DNA of 64,000 nt from Thermoanaerobaculia bacterium (GTDB taxonomy: Bacteria > Acidobacteriota > Thermoanaerobaculia > UBA5066). The notes below the pieces were generated by a model. The model was not told the origin of the DNA and made no database searches. It saw nothing but the letters and a program-made list of their open reading frames with translations. Positions within the stretch are counted from its first letter, which is position 1, and every line of letters begins with the position of its first letter. A program made the translations under genes and the position numbers. Location of the stretch: assembly GCA_038319835.1 (NCBI GenBank), contig JBBQDQ010000003.1, forward strand, positions 5,279 through 69,278, in the 5' to 3' direction. Shown piece after piece: positions 26,182 to 36,300 of the stretch.

Positions 26182-26946
26182 CTAGTCGAGCTTCAGCTCT
26201 TCGAGGAGCAGCGCGTAGTCGACGGCGCCGCGGGCGGAGCCGTCGAACTCGAAGATCGTCTTGCCGACGGACGGCGCCTCGGCGAGCGCGACGTTGATCC
26301 GGATCGGCGTCAGGATCTTCGCGAAGCGCTCGCGCAGCGTGTCGAGAAGCTCCGTGGAGACTGCCGTGCGCAGGTCGTAGAAAGTCGGAAGCACGCCGTC
26401 GATCTTCAGGGCCTTCTCGCGCGTCTCGTTCGCGTGCCTCACGAAGACGCGCGTCTTCTCGAGCGCCGGGAGCGAGAGAAAATCGAGCTTCGCCGGCAGG
26501 ATCAGCTCGTCCGCCGCGTGGTAGACATTCTCGAGGAGGAGACCCGCCGCGGGCGGACAGTCGAGGACGACGGCCTCGTAGCCCTCGTCCTCGAGCGACG
26601 CGAAGCGCCGCGCGAGACGCGAGACGCGCTTGTCCTTCGCCTTCCCGCGCAGGACGTCCTCGGCGCCGAGGAGGTCCTCGCCCGCGGGCAGGACGTCGAG
26701 GTTCTCGCGCGAACCGCGCACGACCGCCTCGTCGAAGTCCGATTCCTTGAGGAGCCACTTCGAGAGGCCGGCGGAAGGCGGGAGGCCGAGCGACGTCGCG
26801 ACGCTCCCCTGGGGATCCACGTCCACGAGAAGCGTCTTGCGGCCCGCCCGGGCCGCCGCCGCCGCGAGGTTCACGGCGGTCGTGGTCTTCCCGACGCCCC
26901 CCTTGAGGGCCGAAACCGCGAGGATGCGCCGGCGACGCGCGGCCAT
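26182..26946 (-). CDS. ParA/MinD-family ATPase (orphan)
   Basis: 254 aa from ATG 26946. Deviant Walker A KGGVGKTT, and DVDPQGS. Confidence 0.85.
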   Translation of the reverse strand: MAARRRRILAVSALKGGVGKTTTAVNLAAAAARAGRKTLLVDVDPQGSVATSLGLPPSAGLSKWLLKESDFDEAVVRGSRENLDVLPAGEDLLGAEDVLRGKAKDKRVSRLARRFASLEDEGYEAVVLDCPPAAGLLLENVYHAADELILPAKLDFLSLPALEKTRVFVRHANETREKALKIDGVLPTFYDLRTAVSTELLDTLRERFAKILTPIRINVALAEAPSVGKTIFEFDGSARGAVDYALLLEELKLD

Positions 26947-26973
26947 GGGTGCGGCGCGTCTTATCATGAGTCG

Positions 26974-27399
26974 ATGCCGCACCTGACCGACCTCCCGGTC
27001 GAGCCCGCCGACCTCCTCGCGGCGGTCCGGCGAGACGGCGACGGAGGCCTCGCACTCTTCGTCGGTGTCGTGCGCGACCACAACGCGGGAAAGCCCGTGA
27101 CCCGGCTCGAGTACTCGGCCTATATCTCCATGGCGGAGAAGGAGATGGATCGGATCGCGTCGGAGATCGGGGAGGCTCATCCGGGGGCCGCCGTGGCCTT
27201 CCTCCACCGGATCGGCTCCCTCGCGATCGGCGACGTTGCCGTGGCGGTCGCGGCGGCCGCCCCCCATCGGGACGAGGCGTTCGCGGCTTGCCGGGCCGGG
27301 ATCGAAGCGATCAAAGCCCGTGTTCCGATCTGGAAGAAGGAATTCGGACCGGACGGGAGTTCCTGGGTCGAACCCTGCGGGAACGCCGGGCACCCCTGA
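26974..27399 (+). CDS. moaE: Molybdopterin synthase catalytic subunit
   Basis: 141 aa from ATG 26974. MoaE-like: FVGVVRDHN...LEYSAY..MAEKEM..I......HRIG.L.IGD..V.VAAAAPHR..AF.AC...I...K..VPIWKKE. Confidence 0.9.
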   Translation: MPHLTDLPVEPADLLAAVRRDGDGGLALFVGVVRDHNAGKPVTRLEYSAYISMAEKEMDRIASEIGEAHPGAAVAFLHRIGSLAIGDVAVAVAAAAPHRDEAFAACRAGIEAIKARVPIWKKEFGPDGSSWVEPCGNAGHP

Positions 27400-27428
27400 T
27401 TCAGGATTCCGGATCTCCCTCAAACCCA

Positions 27429-27457
27429 TTGAAAAGTCAAGCACTTCCTGCTATCCT
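27429..27457 (+). promoter_or_regulatory. Candidate sigma70-type promoter TTGAAA-N17-TATCCT
   Basis: TTGAAA at 27429-27434 and TATCCT at 27452-27457. An RBS GGAGGA lies 6 nt before ATG 27485. Confidence 0.35.
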
Positions 27458-27484
27458 CCGGCGCCCATTTTCGGAGGATTGACG

Positions 27485-28069
27485 ATGTTCCTGGCCCTCA
27501 GGCGAATCCATGTCTTCGCGAGCGACTTTTCGCGGTCGCGTCGTTTTTACGGTGAAACTCTCGGCCTCCCGGAATCCGGCGGGTTCGAGAACGACTGGGT
27601 CGAGTTCGCCCTCGGGCCGCTCCTCCTGAAGCTCACCCCGCTGCGTCCCGGCGAGGTTCCCGCGCGCAACCAGGTCGCCGCCGTGTTCTCGGCTGCGAGC
27701 CTCGACGACTCGATCGTGCGTCTCAAGGAGCGCGGGGTCACGGTGACGCGCCCCCCCGCCGAGGAATTCACGGGCCGGTCGGCCGAGATCCTCGACCCGG
27801 ACGGTTACCGGATCATTCTCTTCCAGGCCTCCGAGCTGCACCCTGACGAAGAGTGGGTCCCGTCGTCGGGCGTGGACGATCTCGTGAAGCAGAAGCTCCA
27901 CGCGCGCAAGAAGCGCGAGCAGGCGCGCGGCACGAGCAAGAAGCCCGCGAAGAAGGCGGCGCCTGCGAAGAAGCCGCCCGCGAAGAAGCCCGCAGCAAGG
28001 AAGCCCGCTCCGAAGAAGCCCGCTCCGAAAAAGCCCGCTCCGAAAAAGAAGCCGGCCCGGAAGCGCTGA
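27485..28069 (+). CDS. VOC/glyoxalase-fold protein fused to a Lys/Pro/Ala-rich histone-H1-like tail
   Basis: The N-terminal approx. 120 aa are glyoxalase/bleomycin-resistance-like (HVFASDFSRSRRFYGETLGL...DPDGYRIILFQ). The tail is KKPAKKAAPAKKPPAKKPAARKPAPKKPAPKKPAPKKKPARKR. Confidence 0.75.
   Translation: MFLALRRIHVFASDFSRSRRFYGETLGLPESGGFENDWVEFALGPLLLKLTPLRPGEVPARNQVAAVFSAASLDDSIVRLKERGVTVTRPPAEEFTGRSAEILDPDGYRIILFQASELHPDEEWVPSSGVDDLVKQKLHARKKREQARGTSKKPAKKAAPAKKPPAKKPAARKPAPKKPAPKKPAPKKKPARKR
27931..28066 (+). repeat. Degenerate tandem PAKK-coding repeats
   Basis: Repeated aagaagccc gcn units encode (P/A)AKKP repeats. Confidence 0.8.
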
Positions 28070-28138
28070 GACCAAGTTTCAGGGGCTGCGTGGGATGCCC
28101 CCGTCGGACGTCACTTCCTGACGTCCGATGGGAGGAGC

Positions 28139-29246
28139 CATGACGTTCTCGTTCCACCCGCCTTCACCGGCCCGCCACAACATCCGCAGACATCCCGCCG
28201 TCCCGGCCGTCGTGGCTCTGCTCCTCTCGGCCCTCGCGTCTCCCGCCTTCGCGCAGACCGCCGTCACGGCGCCCATCGCGGCGTTCTCCTCGACCGTGGA
28301 TTCGGTCGTCTCGAAGGTGAACGGTCCGGTCCTCGACGTCCTCGACGGCGCGCTCCAGATCGACGTCACGAACGCGAAGATCCTCGGCGGCGACGACCGC
28401 CTCGCGAACCCGGTTCCATGGTCCGGCATCCTCGCCGGCTCGCGCGTGGTCGCGCAGGTGGCCGTGCCCGACGTGATTCCCGCCGTATTCCCGCCGCGCC
28501 TCGTCGCAACGAACGTCGTCGTCTTCCTCGCGAACACGGGAAGCCTCTCGGGCCTCGTCCAGGGCGTCGCCGCCGCCCAGGGAACGTTCTCGCTCCTCTT
28601 CACGAACGTCATGACGAACGCCGCGACGGAGTGGCTGGGCGCGAAGGCCGACGGCGCTCCCGTGAAGGGGCTTTCGGACCTCTCCGCCGGCATGCAGGCG
28701 AACGCCGTCGTCACGTACGACGCCAGCGGCGTCACCGCGAAGAGCGTCTACGCTTTCGCGACGCCGGCGACGCGGATCGAAGCGTTCCGCGGCAAGGTCG
28801 AAGCCGAGGGCCCGACGCAGTGGACGATCGGCGGCCGGGTCGTGCAGGTGAACGCGGACACGAAGATCGCCGGCGACCCGCGGATCGGCGACACCGTGGA
28901 CGTCCTCGTGAAGGCCCCGGTCCTCCCGCCGGGCGCCGGCACCGCCACGATTCCCGTCGCGATCTCGATCATCAAGGTCGTCGCGACGCCGCCTCCGCCG
29001 TCGGACCGGACGGTCGAGTTCGACGGCGTCGTCGAAGCGATTCCTCCCGCAACGGGCGCTTCGCTCCCTCCAATGGGCCACTGGACGATCTCGGGCAAGG
29101 ACGTCCTCGTCACGCCGCTCACGAAGGTCGACAGCGGAATCGCGAAGGGCTCCAGCGTCCACGTCAAGGGCGTCACGCTCCCGATGGCCGTCTTCGCGCC
29201 CGCGGCGACGCCGCACATCCTCGCAACGGAGATCACGAAGAAATAG
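28139..29246 (+). CDS. Secreted repeat protein (DUF5666-like beta-barrel repeats), function unknown
   Basis: ATG 28139 follows GGGAGGAG. It has a signal peptide ending AFAQ and repeated W(T)I.G..V.V...TK(I/V) modules (e.g. QWTIGGRVVQVNADTKIAGDPRIGDTVDV and HWTISGKDVLVTPLTKVDSGIAKGSSVHV). Confidence 0.5.
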
Positions 29247-29276
29247 ACGCGGGGACCGCACCCGTTCCTTCCTCCA

Positions 29277-29307
29277 CGGCGGGCCGCGAGGTCCGCCGAT
29301 CTTTTTT
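29277..29307 (+). terminator. Rho-independent terminator
   Basis: CGGCGG (29277-29282) pairs with CCGCCG (29293-29298) and is followed by a TTTTTT run (29302-29307). Confidence 0.6.
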
Positions 29308-29328
29308 CTCCGGGTGTAGGCTCGCTCC

Positions 29329-30525
29329 ATGACGAGCCTCATCGACTACTGCACCGCCGAGATCGAGTCTCTGAAAGCCGCAAAGACGTGGAAGAAAGAG
29401 CGCGTCCTCGAAGGGCCGACCGGCGCGCGCGTGCGCGTGGACGGGCGCGACGTGCTCATGCTCACGTCCAACAACTACCTCGGCTTCGCGAACCATCCCC
29501 GCGTCCTCGACGCGGCGCGCAAGGCTCTCGGTCGCTGGGGGAACGGCCTCGGCTCCGTGCGCTTCATCTGCGGGACGCAGCAGCTCCACAAGGACCTCGA
29601 GGGAGCGATCTCGAAGTTCTTCGGGACGGAGGACACGATCCTCTACATGTCCTGCTGGAATGCGAACGAGGGCCTCTTCGCGCCGCTCCTCGGCGAGGAG
29701 GACGCGCTCCTGTCCGACGCGCTCAACCACGCGTCGATCATCGACGGCATCCGCCTGTGCAAGGCAAAGCGCACTCTCGTTCCGCACGGCGACCTCGCCG
29801 CGCTCGAGACGGCGCTGAAGGAATCGCAGGCCCAGCGCCGCCGCCTCTTCATCACGGACGGCGTGTTCTCCATGGAGGGCGAGATCGGGCCCCTCGGCGC
29901 CTTCGCGGACCTCTGCGAGCGACATGACGCCACGCTGGTCGTCGACGACTCGCACGCGACAGGCGTCCTCGGGAAGACGGGGCGCGGGTCCGCCGAGGAG
30001 CTCGGCGTCCTGTCGCGGGTGAAAATTTTCACCTCCACGCTCGGCAAGGCGATGGGCTCGGCCGCGGGCGGCTTCACGACGGGCCCGGCGCCCGTCGTGG
30101 ACCTCCTCCGCCAGCGCTCGCGGACGTCCCTCTTCTCGAACGCGCTCCCGCCCGCGGTCGCGGCCGGGTCGCTCGAGGCGTTCAGGATGCTCATGGAGGA
30201 TCCCGCACCCGCCCTCAGGGTCCAGAAGAACGCGAAGACGTTCCGCGCGAAGATGAAGGCTGCCGGCTTCAAGATCCCCGAGGGCATCCACCCGATCGTG
30301 CCCGTCATCGTCGGGGACACGGCCAAGGCCCTCGCGATGTCGAACGCGCTCTTCGAGAAGGGCGTCTACGTCTCGGGCTTCGGCTTCCCCGTCGTCCCGC
30401 AGGGGCACGCGCGCCTGCGCTGCCAGATCTCGGCCGTCCACTCGGACGACGACCTGCAGGAGGCTGTGGACGCCTTCATCGCCGTCGGGAAGGAATTCGG
30501 AGTCGTGTCGGGAACGACACCCTGA
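29329..30525 (+). CDS. kbl: Glycine C-acetyltransferase (2-amino-3-ketobutyrate CoA ligase)
   Basis: 398 aa in the alpha-oxoamine synthase family: SNNYLGF, DDSHATG, FTSTLGKA (PLP lysine). N-terminus matches Kbl. Confidence 0.9.
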   Translation: MTSLIDYCTAEIESLKAAKTWKKERVLEGPTGARVRVDGRDVLMLTSNNYLGFANHPRVLDAARKALGRWGNGLGSVRFICGTQQLHKDLEGAISKFFGTEDTILYMSCWNANEGLFAPLLGEEDALLSDALNHASIIDGIRLCKAKRTLVPHGDLAALETALKESQAQRRRLFITDGVFSMEGEIGPLGAFADLCERHDATLVVDDSHATGVLGKTGRGSAEELGVLSRVKIFTSTLGKAMGSAAGGFTTGPAPVVDLLRQRSRTSLFSNALPPAVAAGSLEAFRMLMEDPAPALRVQKNAKTFRAKMKAAGFKIPEGIHPIVPVIVGDTAKALAMSNALFEKGVYVSGFGFPVVPQGHARLRCQISAVHSDDDLQEAVDAFIAVGKEFGVVSGTTP

Positions 30526-30532
30526 TCGCGCC

Positions 30533-30922
30533 CTACGGCACGACCGACACGTGGAAGTGGACCTGCAGGGACGGATAATTGAACCCGGCCGGCAGCGGGT
30601 CGAACGGAGCGGCCGCCTTCACGGCCTTGAGCGCGGCCGCGTCCCAGCCCTTCTTGCCCGACGACGTCGAGACCTCCGTCGTCGCGAGGGCGCCGTCCTT
30701 CGTGATGACGGCCTGGACGACGGTCTTCTTTCCCACGGGCGGGACCTCCGCGGCCGGCGGCGTCTTCCACTTCGCAGCGACCCTGTCGAACGTCTTCTTC
30801 TGGTAGGCCGCGTCCTTCAGCGTCGTCTGGAAGTAGCACTCGAGGGACGGCTGCGCCGCGTGCGCCGCGAGCGCGGCGGCGAGCCCGAGCGCCGCGGCGA
30901 ACAGGGGAACCCGGCGCTTCAC
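30533..30922 (-). CDS. Small secreted TonB-C-terminal-domain-like protein
   Basis: 129 aa from GTG 30922 (GTGA overlap with the upstream stop). It has a signal peptide and a TonB_C-like C-terminus (VVQAVITKDGALATTEVSTSSGKKGWDAAALKAVKAAAPFDPLP). Confidence 0.5.
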   Translation of the reverse strand: MKRRVPLFAAALGLAAALAAHAAQPSLECYFQTTLKDAAYQKKTFDRVAAKWKTPPAAEVPPVGKKTVVQAVITKDGALATTEVSTSSGKKGWDAAALKAVKAAAPFDPLPAGFNYPSLQVHFHVSVVP

Positions 30923-31491
30923 GGCCTGCCTCCGCGCGCCGGCTTCGGTCGCCGGACGAGGACGAGCCGGGCGGGCCGCCCCGCGCGCTCGCACGCCGCG
31001 CACAGGCGCGCGCGCCCGAACGCCGTGCGGCGAGTCCACTCCGCCGCGCAGCCCGGGCAGCGGTACGCGTAGCGCGCGTTGCTCTCGCGGATCCGGCGGA
31101 GGCGCTCCGTCTCGGGCGCGGCCGTGCGCACGACGCCGAGCCCTCTCGCGACGGACCAGAACCGCGGCGAGTGGCCTTCCTCCGCTCCCCAGCGCGCCGC
31201 GCAGATCGCGTGCGCGGCCTCGTGGAGGAGCGTCTGGACCCGGTCCTCGGCGCTCATGTGGCTCGAGACGCGGATCACGTGAGGGTCCGCGCCCCTTCCG
31301 TACTGGATGACGCCACCCGTCGCGCGGCGGCCCGAGAGGATCACGCGCGCGGGCGGCAGGCCGTGCGCCTTCGCGAGCGCGTCGTAGCGCGCCTGCAGGC
31401 CGCGCTCGCTGTCGTGGACCTCCTCGGCGGGCGGCGTGTCGTCGGAGAACAGGCCGAGCTGGACGAGGGAGCCGGAGCGGATAGCGTCCAT
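30919..31491 (-). CDS. SprT-like zinc metalloprotease-domain protein
   Basis: 190 aa with an HEAAH motif and a C-terminal Cys4 zinc ribbon (CPGC...CAAC). Confidence 0.65.
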   Translation of the reverse strand: MDAIRSGSLVQLGLFSDDTPPAEEVHDSERGLQARYDALAKAHGLPPARVILSGRRATGGVIQYGRGADPHVIRVSSHMSAEDRVQTLLHEAAHAICAARWGAEEGHSPRFWSVARGLGVVRTAAPETERLRRIRESNARYAYRCPGCAAEWTRRTAFGRARLCAACERAGRPARLVLVRRPKPARGGRP

Positions 31492-31506
31492 CGGCAGGCC
31501 TCCACG

Positions 31507-32097
31507 TCACGCTCCCCACATCGCGTCGCGATGGGGGGCGAGAGGTTTCTCGAGGACCCAGGCGGCAACGGCCGCAGCGAGCGCCGCGGCGAGAAGCTCG
31601 AGGAGCGGAACAGGGCGGCCGTGCGAGACCACCGGTGCGGCGGCCTTGACGGCCCAGACGGCAGCGAGCGCCGCGCCTCCGGGAACGGTCGAGCCCGTCC
31701 CGAGCGTGAGAAACGCCAGGCCGAGACCGAGCGCGAACGCGACGAGGTACGCGTGGACGACGCCGAGAACGGGCGGGCCGTCGAAATGCGCACCGAACTT
31801 GAGACGCGCGGCCGCCATCGGGATCGCGCCGAGCGCCGCGACCGCGGGAGCCGCGAGGCCCGCCGGGACCTTCGCCCTCAGCCACCCGTAGAAGCCGCCG
31901 CGGACGACGCGCTCGAAGACGAAGGCGCCCGCGATCGCGAGCGGCACGAGCCACGCGAGGCGCGCCGGGTCCACGTCGCCCGAGAAGGAGGCGTAGTGCA
32001 GGAAGCGGGCGACCGGAATGTAAGAGAGCGCGGCGACGGCGAAGGCGAGTGCCGCAACGGCCGCGAGGGCGGGAGCGCTTCTCCTCGATGGCTCCAC
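31507..32097 (-). CDS. Polytopic membrane protein, possibly CPBP-family intramembrane protease
   Basis: 196 aa with several TM helices. The FERVVRGGFYGWL segment resembles CPBP motif 1 (EExxxR). Weak call. Confidence 0.4.
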   Translation of the reverse strand: MEPSRRSAPALAAVAALAFAVAALSYIPVARFLHYASFSGDVDPARLAWLVPLAIAGAFVFERVVRGGFYGWLRAKVPAGLAAPAVAALGAIPMAAARLKFGAHFDGPPVLGVVHAYLVAFALGLGLAFLTLGTGSTVPGGAALAAVWAVKAAAPVVSHGRPVPLLELLAAALAAAVAAWVLEKPLAPHRDAMWGA

Positions 32098-32132
32098 GAA
32101 AGAATGGTAGCAGGATCTACACTCGCCGCACC

Positions 32133-33053
32133 ATGACGACCACCTCCCTCCCGCGCGTCGCCTTCGTCGGACTCGGCACGATGGGCCGTCCGATGGCCGC
32201 GAACCTCGCGCGCGCCGGCTTCCCTCTCTCCCTCACGACGAAAACTCCCGGCAAGGCGGCCGCGGTTGCCAAAGAGCTTGCCGAAGGCGCAGGCGGCGCG
32301 AGAGACGTGCGGGCCGCCGCGACGCCCGCGGAAGCCGCGCGCGGCGCGGCCGTGATCGTCTCGTGCGTCCCGGACGCGCCCGAGGTCGAGGAGGTCCACC
32401 TCGGCGCGAGCGGCACCGCGGAGTCCGCGGCGCCGGGCGCCGTCGTGATCGACTCGTCGACGATCGACGCCGAACGGGCCCGCGGGATCGCGTCCGCGCT
32501 CGTCGTGAAAGGAATCGCCTTTCTCGACGCGCCCGTCTCCGGCGGCCAGAAGGGCGCCGAGGAGGGCACCCTCACGTTCTTCGTCGGCGGCGACGCGGCC
32601 GCGCTCGAGCGCGCGCGTCCCGTCTTCGAGGCGATGGGCAAGCGGGTCACGCATCTCGGGCCCTCCGGCGCCGGGCAGCTCGGCAAGGCCGTGAACCAGA
32701 TCCTCGTCGCGAACAACCTCCTGGCCGTCTGCGAGGCGCTCGCGTTCGCCGCGAAGGCGGGCCTCCCGCTCGGCCCGCTGCACGAGGCGCTCGTCGGCGG
32801 CGCGGCACGCTCGTGGGCGCTCGAGGTCCTGGGGCAGAAGATGATCGACCGCGACTTCAAGCCCGCGTTTGCGGTGAAGCACCAGCAGAAGGACCTCGCG
32901 ATCGTGCTCGCGAACGCCCGGGCCGCGGGCGTCCCGCTCCCCGGCGTCGCGCTCGTCCACCAGCTCCTCGCGTCGCTCGAGGCCGAAGGCCGCGGCGAGG
33001 ACGGGACGCAGGCGCTCCTCACGGTGTACGAACGCCTCGCCGGCGGACGATAA
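32133..33053 (+). CDS. NAD(P)-dependent 3-hydroxyisobutyrate dehydrogenase-family oxidoreductase
   Basis: ATG 32133. Rossmann motif VAFVGLGTMGRPMAANL, and DAPVSGG. Confidence 0.85.
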   Translation: MTTTSLPRVAFVGLGTMGRPMAANLARAGFPLSLTTKTPGKAAAVAKELAEGAGGARDVRAAATPAEAARGAAVIVSCVPDAPEVEEVHLGASGTAESAAPGAVVIDSSTIDAERARGIASALVVKGIAFLDAPVSGGQKGAEEGTLTFFVGGDAAALERARPVFEAMGKRVTHLGPSGAGQLGKAVNQILVANNLLAVCEALAFAAKAGLPLGPLHEALVGGAARSWALEVLGQKMIDRDFKPAFAVKHQQKDLAIVLANARAAGVPLPGVALVHQLLASLEAEGRGEDGTQALLTVYERLAGGR

Positions 33054-33075
33054 GATTCAGAGAATGGAGGTTCCG

Positions 33076-33549
33076 ATGAAACGCCTCGGCCCGACGTCCC
33101 TCGCGCTCCTCGCCGTCACCGCCTCGCTCTCGCTCGTGGCCGCCGAACCGGCTCAGAAGGGGACGTTCGAGAAGAGTTTCCCTTTCACGAGCGACAAGGA
33201 CGTCAAGGTCGGGTTCAAGGTCGGCGACGCCACGATCGACTCCTTCCGCATCCGGCACTGGCCGGATTCGGACGACTTCCAGAAGGCCGAGAAGGACCTG
33301 AACGACAAGCACACGATGGTCGTGGAGTTCCGCTATTCGAACCGAGACCGGGAGAAGGACTACAAGTGCACCTACGTGGTCACGATCCCGGGCGGCAAGG
33401 AGGGGAAGCCGTTCGGCGAGAACGACCGGACGGCCACGCTCGACAAAGGCAAGCTCGACGACACGAACTCGATGTTCGTGAAGATGTACACAAGAGACTA
33501 CAAGGTCGCAAAGACGATCAAGATCTCGTTCGAGATCCGGCGGAAGTGA
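33076..33549 (+). CDS. Hypothetical secreted protein
   Basis: ATG 33076 follows GGAGG. It has a signal peptide, is rich in charged residues and has lower GC. No family recognised. Confidence 0.5.
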   Translation: MKRLGPTSLALLAVTASLSLVAAEPAQKGTFEKSFPFTSDKDVKVGFKVGDATIDSFRIRHWPDSDDFQKAEKDLNDKHTMVVEFRYSNRDREKDYKCTYVVTIPGGKEGKPFGENDRTATLDKGKLDDTNSMFVKMYTRDYKVAKTIKISFEIRRK

Positions 33550-33553
33550 CCCC

Positions 33554-33793
33554 TCAGGCGCAGGCGCGCGAGCGGATCAGGCCGGCCTTCTCGGCCCGCC
33601 ACGCTTCGCGGCGGCGGCGGTAGTCCTCGTCGGCCTGGCGCGCGAGGGCGCGCCGGTAGTCGCGCTTCAGGCGGGCGATCTCCTCGAGGAGGAGCACGCG
33701 GTCTCCGGGCGGGGCCGATGCGATCTGCGCCTCCCGGATCTCGATCTGCGCCCTCAGGACCCTCGCCTCGTGAAGTTCCGCCGCCGATTCCAT
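33554..33793 (-). CDS. Hypothetical small coiled-coil protein
   Basis: About 79 aa from MESAAEL..., heptad-like and Arg/Glu-rich. The coding status is uncertain. Confidence 0.3.
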   Translation of the reverse strand: MESAAELHEARVLRAQIEIREAQIASAPPGDRVLLLEEIARLKRDYRRALARQADEDYRRRREAWRAEKAGLIRSRACA

Positions 33794-33907
33794 GACCACC
33801 GATCCCCTCTCGTGGCCCCCGGGGGCCGTCATTCAAAGATAAAGACGTAAGTCACTGCGAAAAGTTTCATTGCAAACCGCAGGATGCATCCCCGGCGTAA
33901 ACAGGGC

Positions 33908-34543
33908 ATGACGCAGACGCGTCTCGTCCCGATCGTTCTGCTCGTCCTCGGGACGACAGGAGCCGCCGTGGCCAGCGAAGAACCGAAATACCGCATCGAG
34001 AAGGATTACGGATCGTTCGAGGTCCGCGTCTATGCGCCGACGATCGTCGCCGAGACGGTCGTCACGGGCTCGTTCGGAGACGGGTCGAGCGAAGGCTTTC
34101 GCCGGCTCGCGGGCTACATCTTCGGGGCGAACGACGGCGGGCGGAAGATCGCGATGACGGCGCCCGTCGGTGCGGAGCCGGCCAGGGGCTCGAAGGGAGA
34201 AAGGATCGCCATGACGGCGCCCGTCGGCTCCGAGAGGACCGCCGACGGCTGGGTCGTCACGTTCACGATGCCGGCCGCTCTCACGATGAAGACGCTGCCT
34301 GCTCCGGACGACGCGCGCGTGAGGCTGCGCGAGGTGCCCGCCCGGCGCGTCGCGGCCGTACGCTTCTCGGGAACGTGGGGCGCGGAGAAATTCGAGGCCG
34401 TCGCCAAGACTCTCGCGGCCGACGCGAAGGAAGCCGGGCTCTCTCCCGCCGGCGCGCCGCCCGTCTTCGCCCGCTACGACCCGCCGTGGACTCCGTGGTT
34501 CATGCGGCGGAACGAAGTCCTGATCCCGCTCGACCCACGCTGA
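33908..34543 (+). CDS. SOUL heme-binding-family protein (secreted)
   Basis: Signal peptide. YRIEKDYGSFEVRVY...FRRLAGYIFG.N.....IAMTAPV (duplicated) ...PPWTPWFMRRNEVLIPL is typical of the SOUL/HEBP family. The start could also be 33884. Confidence 0.75.
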   Translation: MTQTRLVPIVLLVLGTTGAAVASEEPKYRIEKDYGSFEVRVYAPTIVAETVVTGSFGDGSSEGFRRLAGYIFGANDGGRKIAMTAPVGAEPARGSKGERIAMTAPVGSERTADGWVVTFTMPAALTMKTLPAPDDARVRLREVPARRVAAVRFSGTWGAEKFEAVAKTLAADAKEAGLSPAGAPPVFARYDPPWTPWFMRRNEVLIPLDPR

Positions 34544-34552
34544 CCCCCGGCC

Positions 34553-35622
<1,070 letters not shown>

Positions 35623-35626
<4 letters not shown>

Positions 35627-35955
35627 ATCGAGGCTTTCTTCGCGTGCTCGAGCATCTGCATCCCGTGTACGAGCGACGCGCCCCCGCGGATCGCCGCCGT
35701 GACGTGCAGGGCCTCGGTCATCTGCTCGAGGTCCGCCCCGTTCTTCAGGCTCTCCTGCGTGTACGCGTCGATGCAATACGGGCACTGGACCGCGTGGGCC
35801 ACCGCGAGAGCGATCAGCGCCTTCTCCCTCGCCGAGAGCGCCCCGTCCGCGAAGACGGCGCCGTACCAGGCGAAGAACTTGTCGGCGAGGTCCTTGTTGC
35901 CTTCGGCGATCGACGCGAAATGCGCGAGATGCTCCGTCTTGTAGTAACCGTCCAT
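35623..35955 (-). CDS. Arsenosugar-biosynthesis-associated peroxidase-like (AhpD/carboxymuconolactone decarboxylase fold) protein
   Basis: 110 aa. The CPYC motif sits in LAVAHAVQCPYCIDAY, and the stop overlaps the arsS start. Confidence 0.8.
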
Positions 35956-35994
35956 GCGCCCCCCTCTCGTGGGAGGCCATTCTCGCCCATCCCG

Positions 35995-36300
35995 TCAGGG
36001 CAGCTCGAGCTCGGCGATCCGGCGTGCGAGCTCGTCGCGCACGCCGCGGAACGCCTCGATGGGCCGCTCGAAGAGCGGCTCGGACGCGGGATCGGGCAGC
36101 GGCCAGTGGATCCTCCGCACGCGCTTCGGGAAGACCGGGCAGACTTCCTCCGCGCACAGCGTGACGACGAGGTCCACGGAATCGGCGTCGATCCCGACCT
36201 CCGCGAGCGTCTGAAGCGCGAGAGGGTTCATGATGGACGGCTTCGAGCCGGCGCTCTGGACGCGCACGGCGTCGCCGAAGTGCGCGCGGGCGAGGCCGTC
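35995..36300 (-). pseudogene. arsC: 5'-truncated LMW-PTP-type arsenate reductase remnant
   Basis: Homology begins at GLARAHFGDAVRVQSAGS... and retains the TLC/VCP cysteines. The N-terminal CX5R P-loop is absent in all frames. The only start is an internal GTG (36267). Confidence 0.6.
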
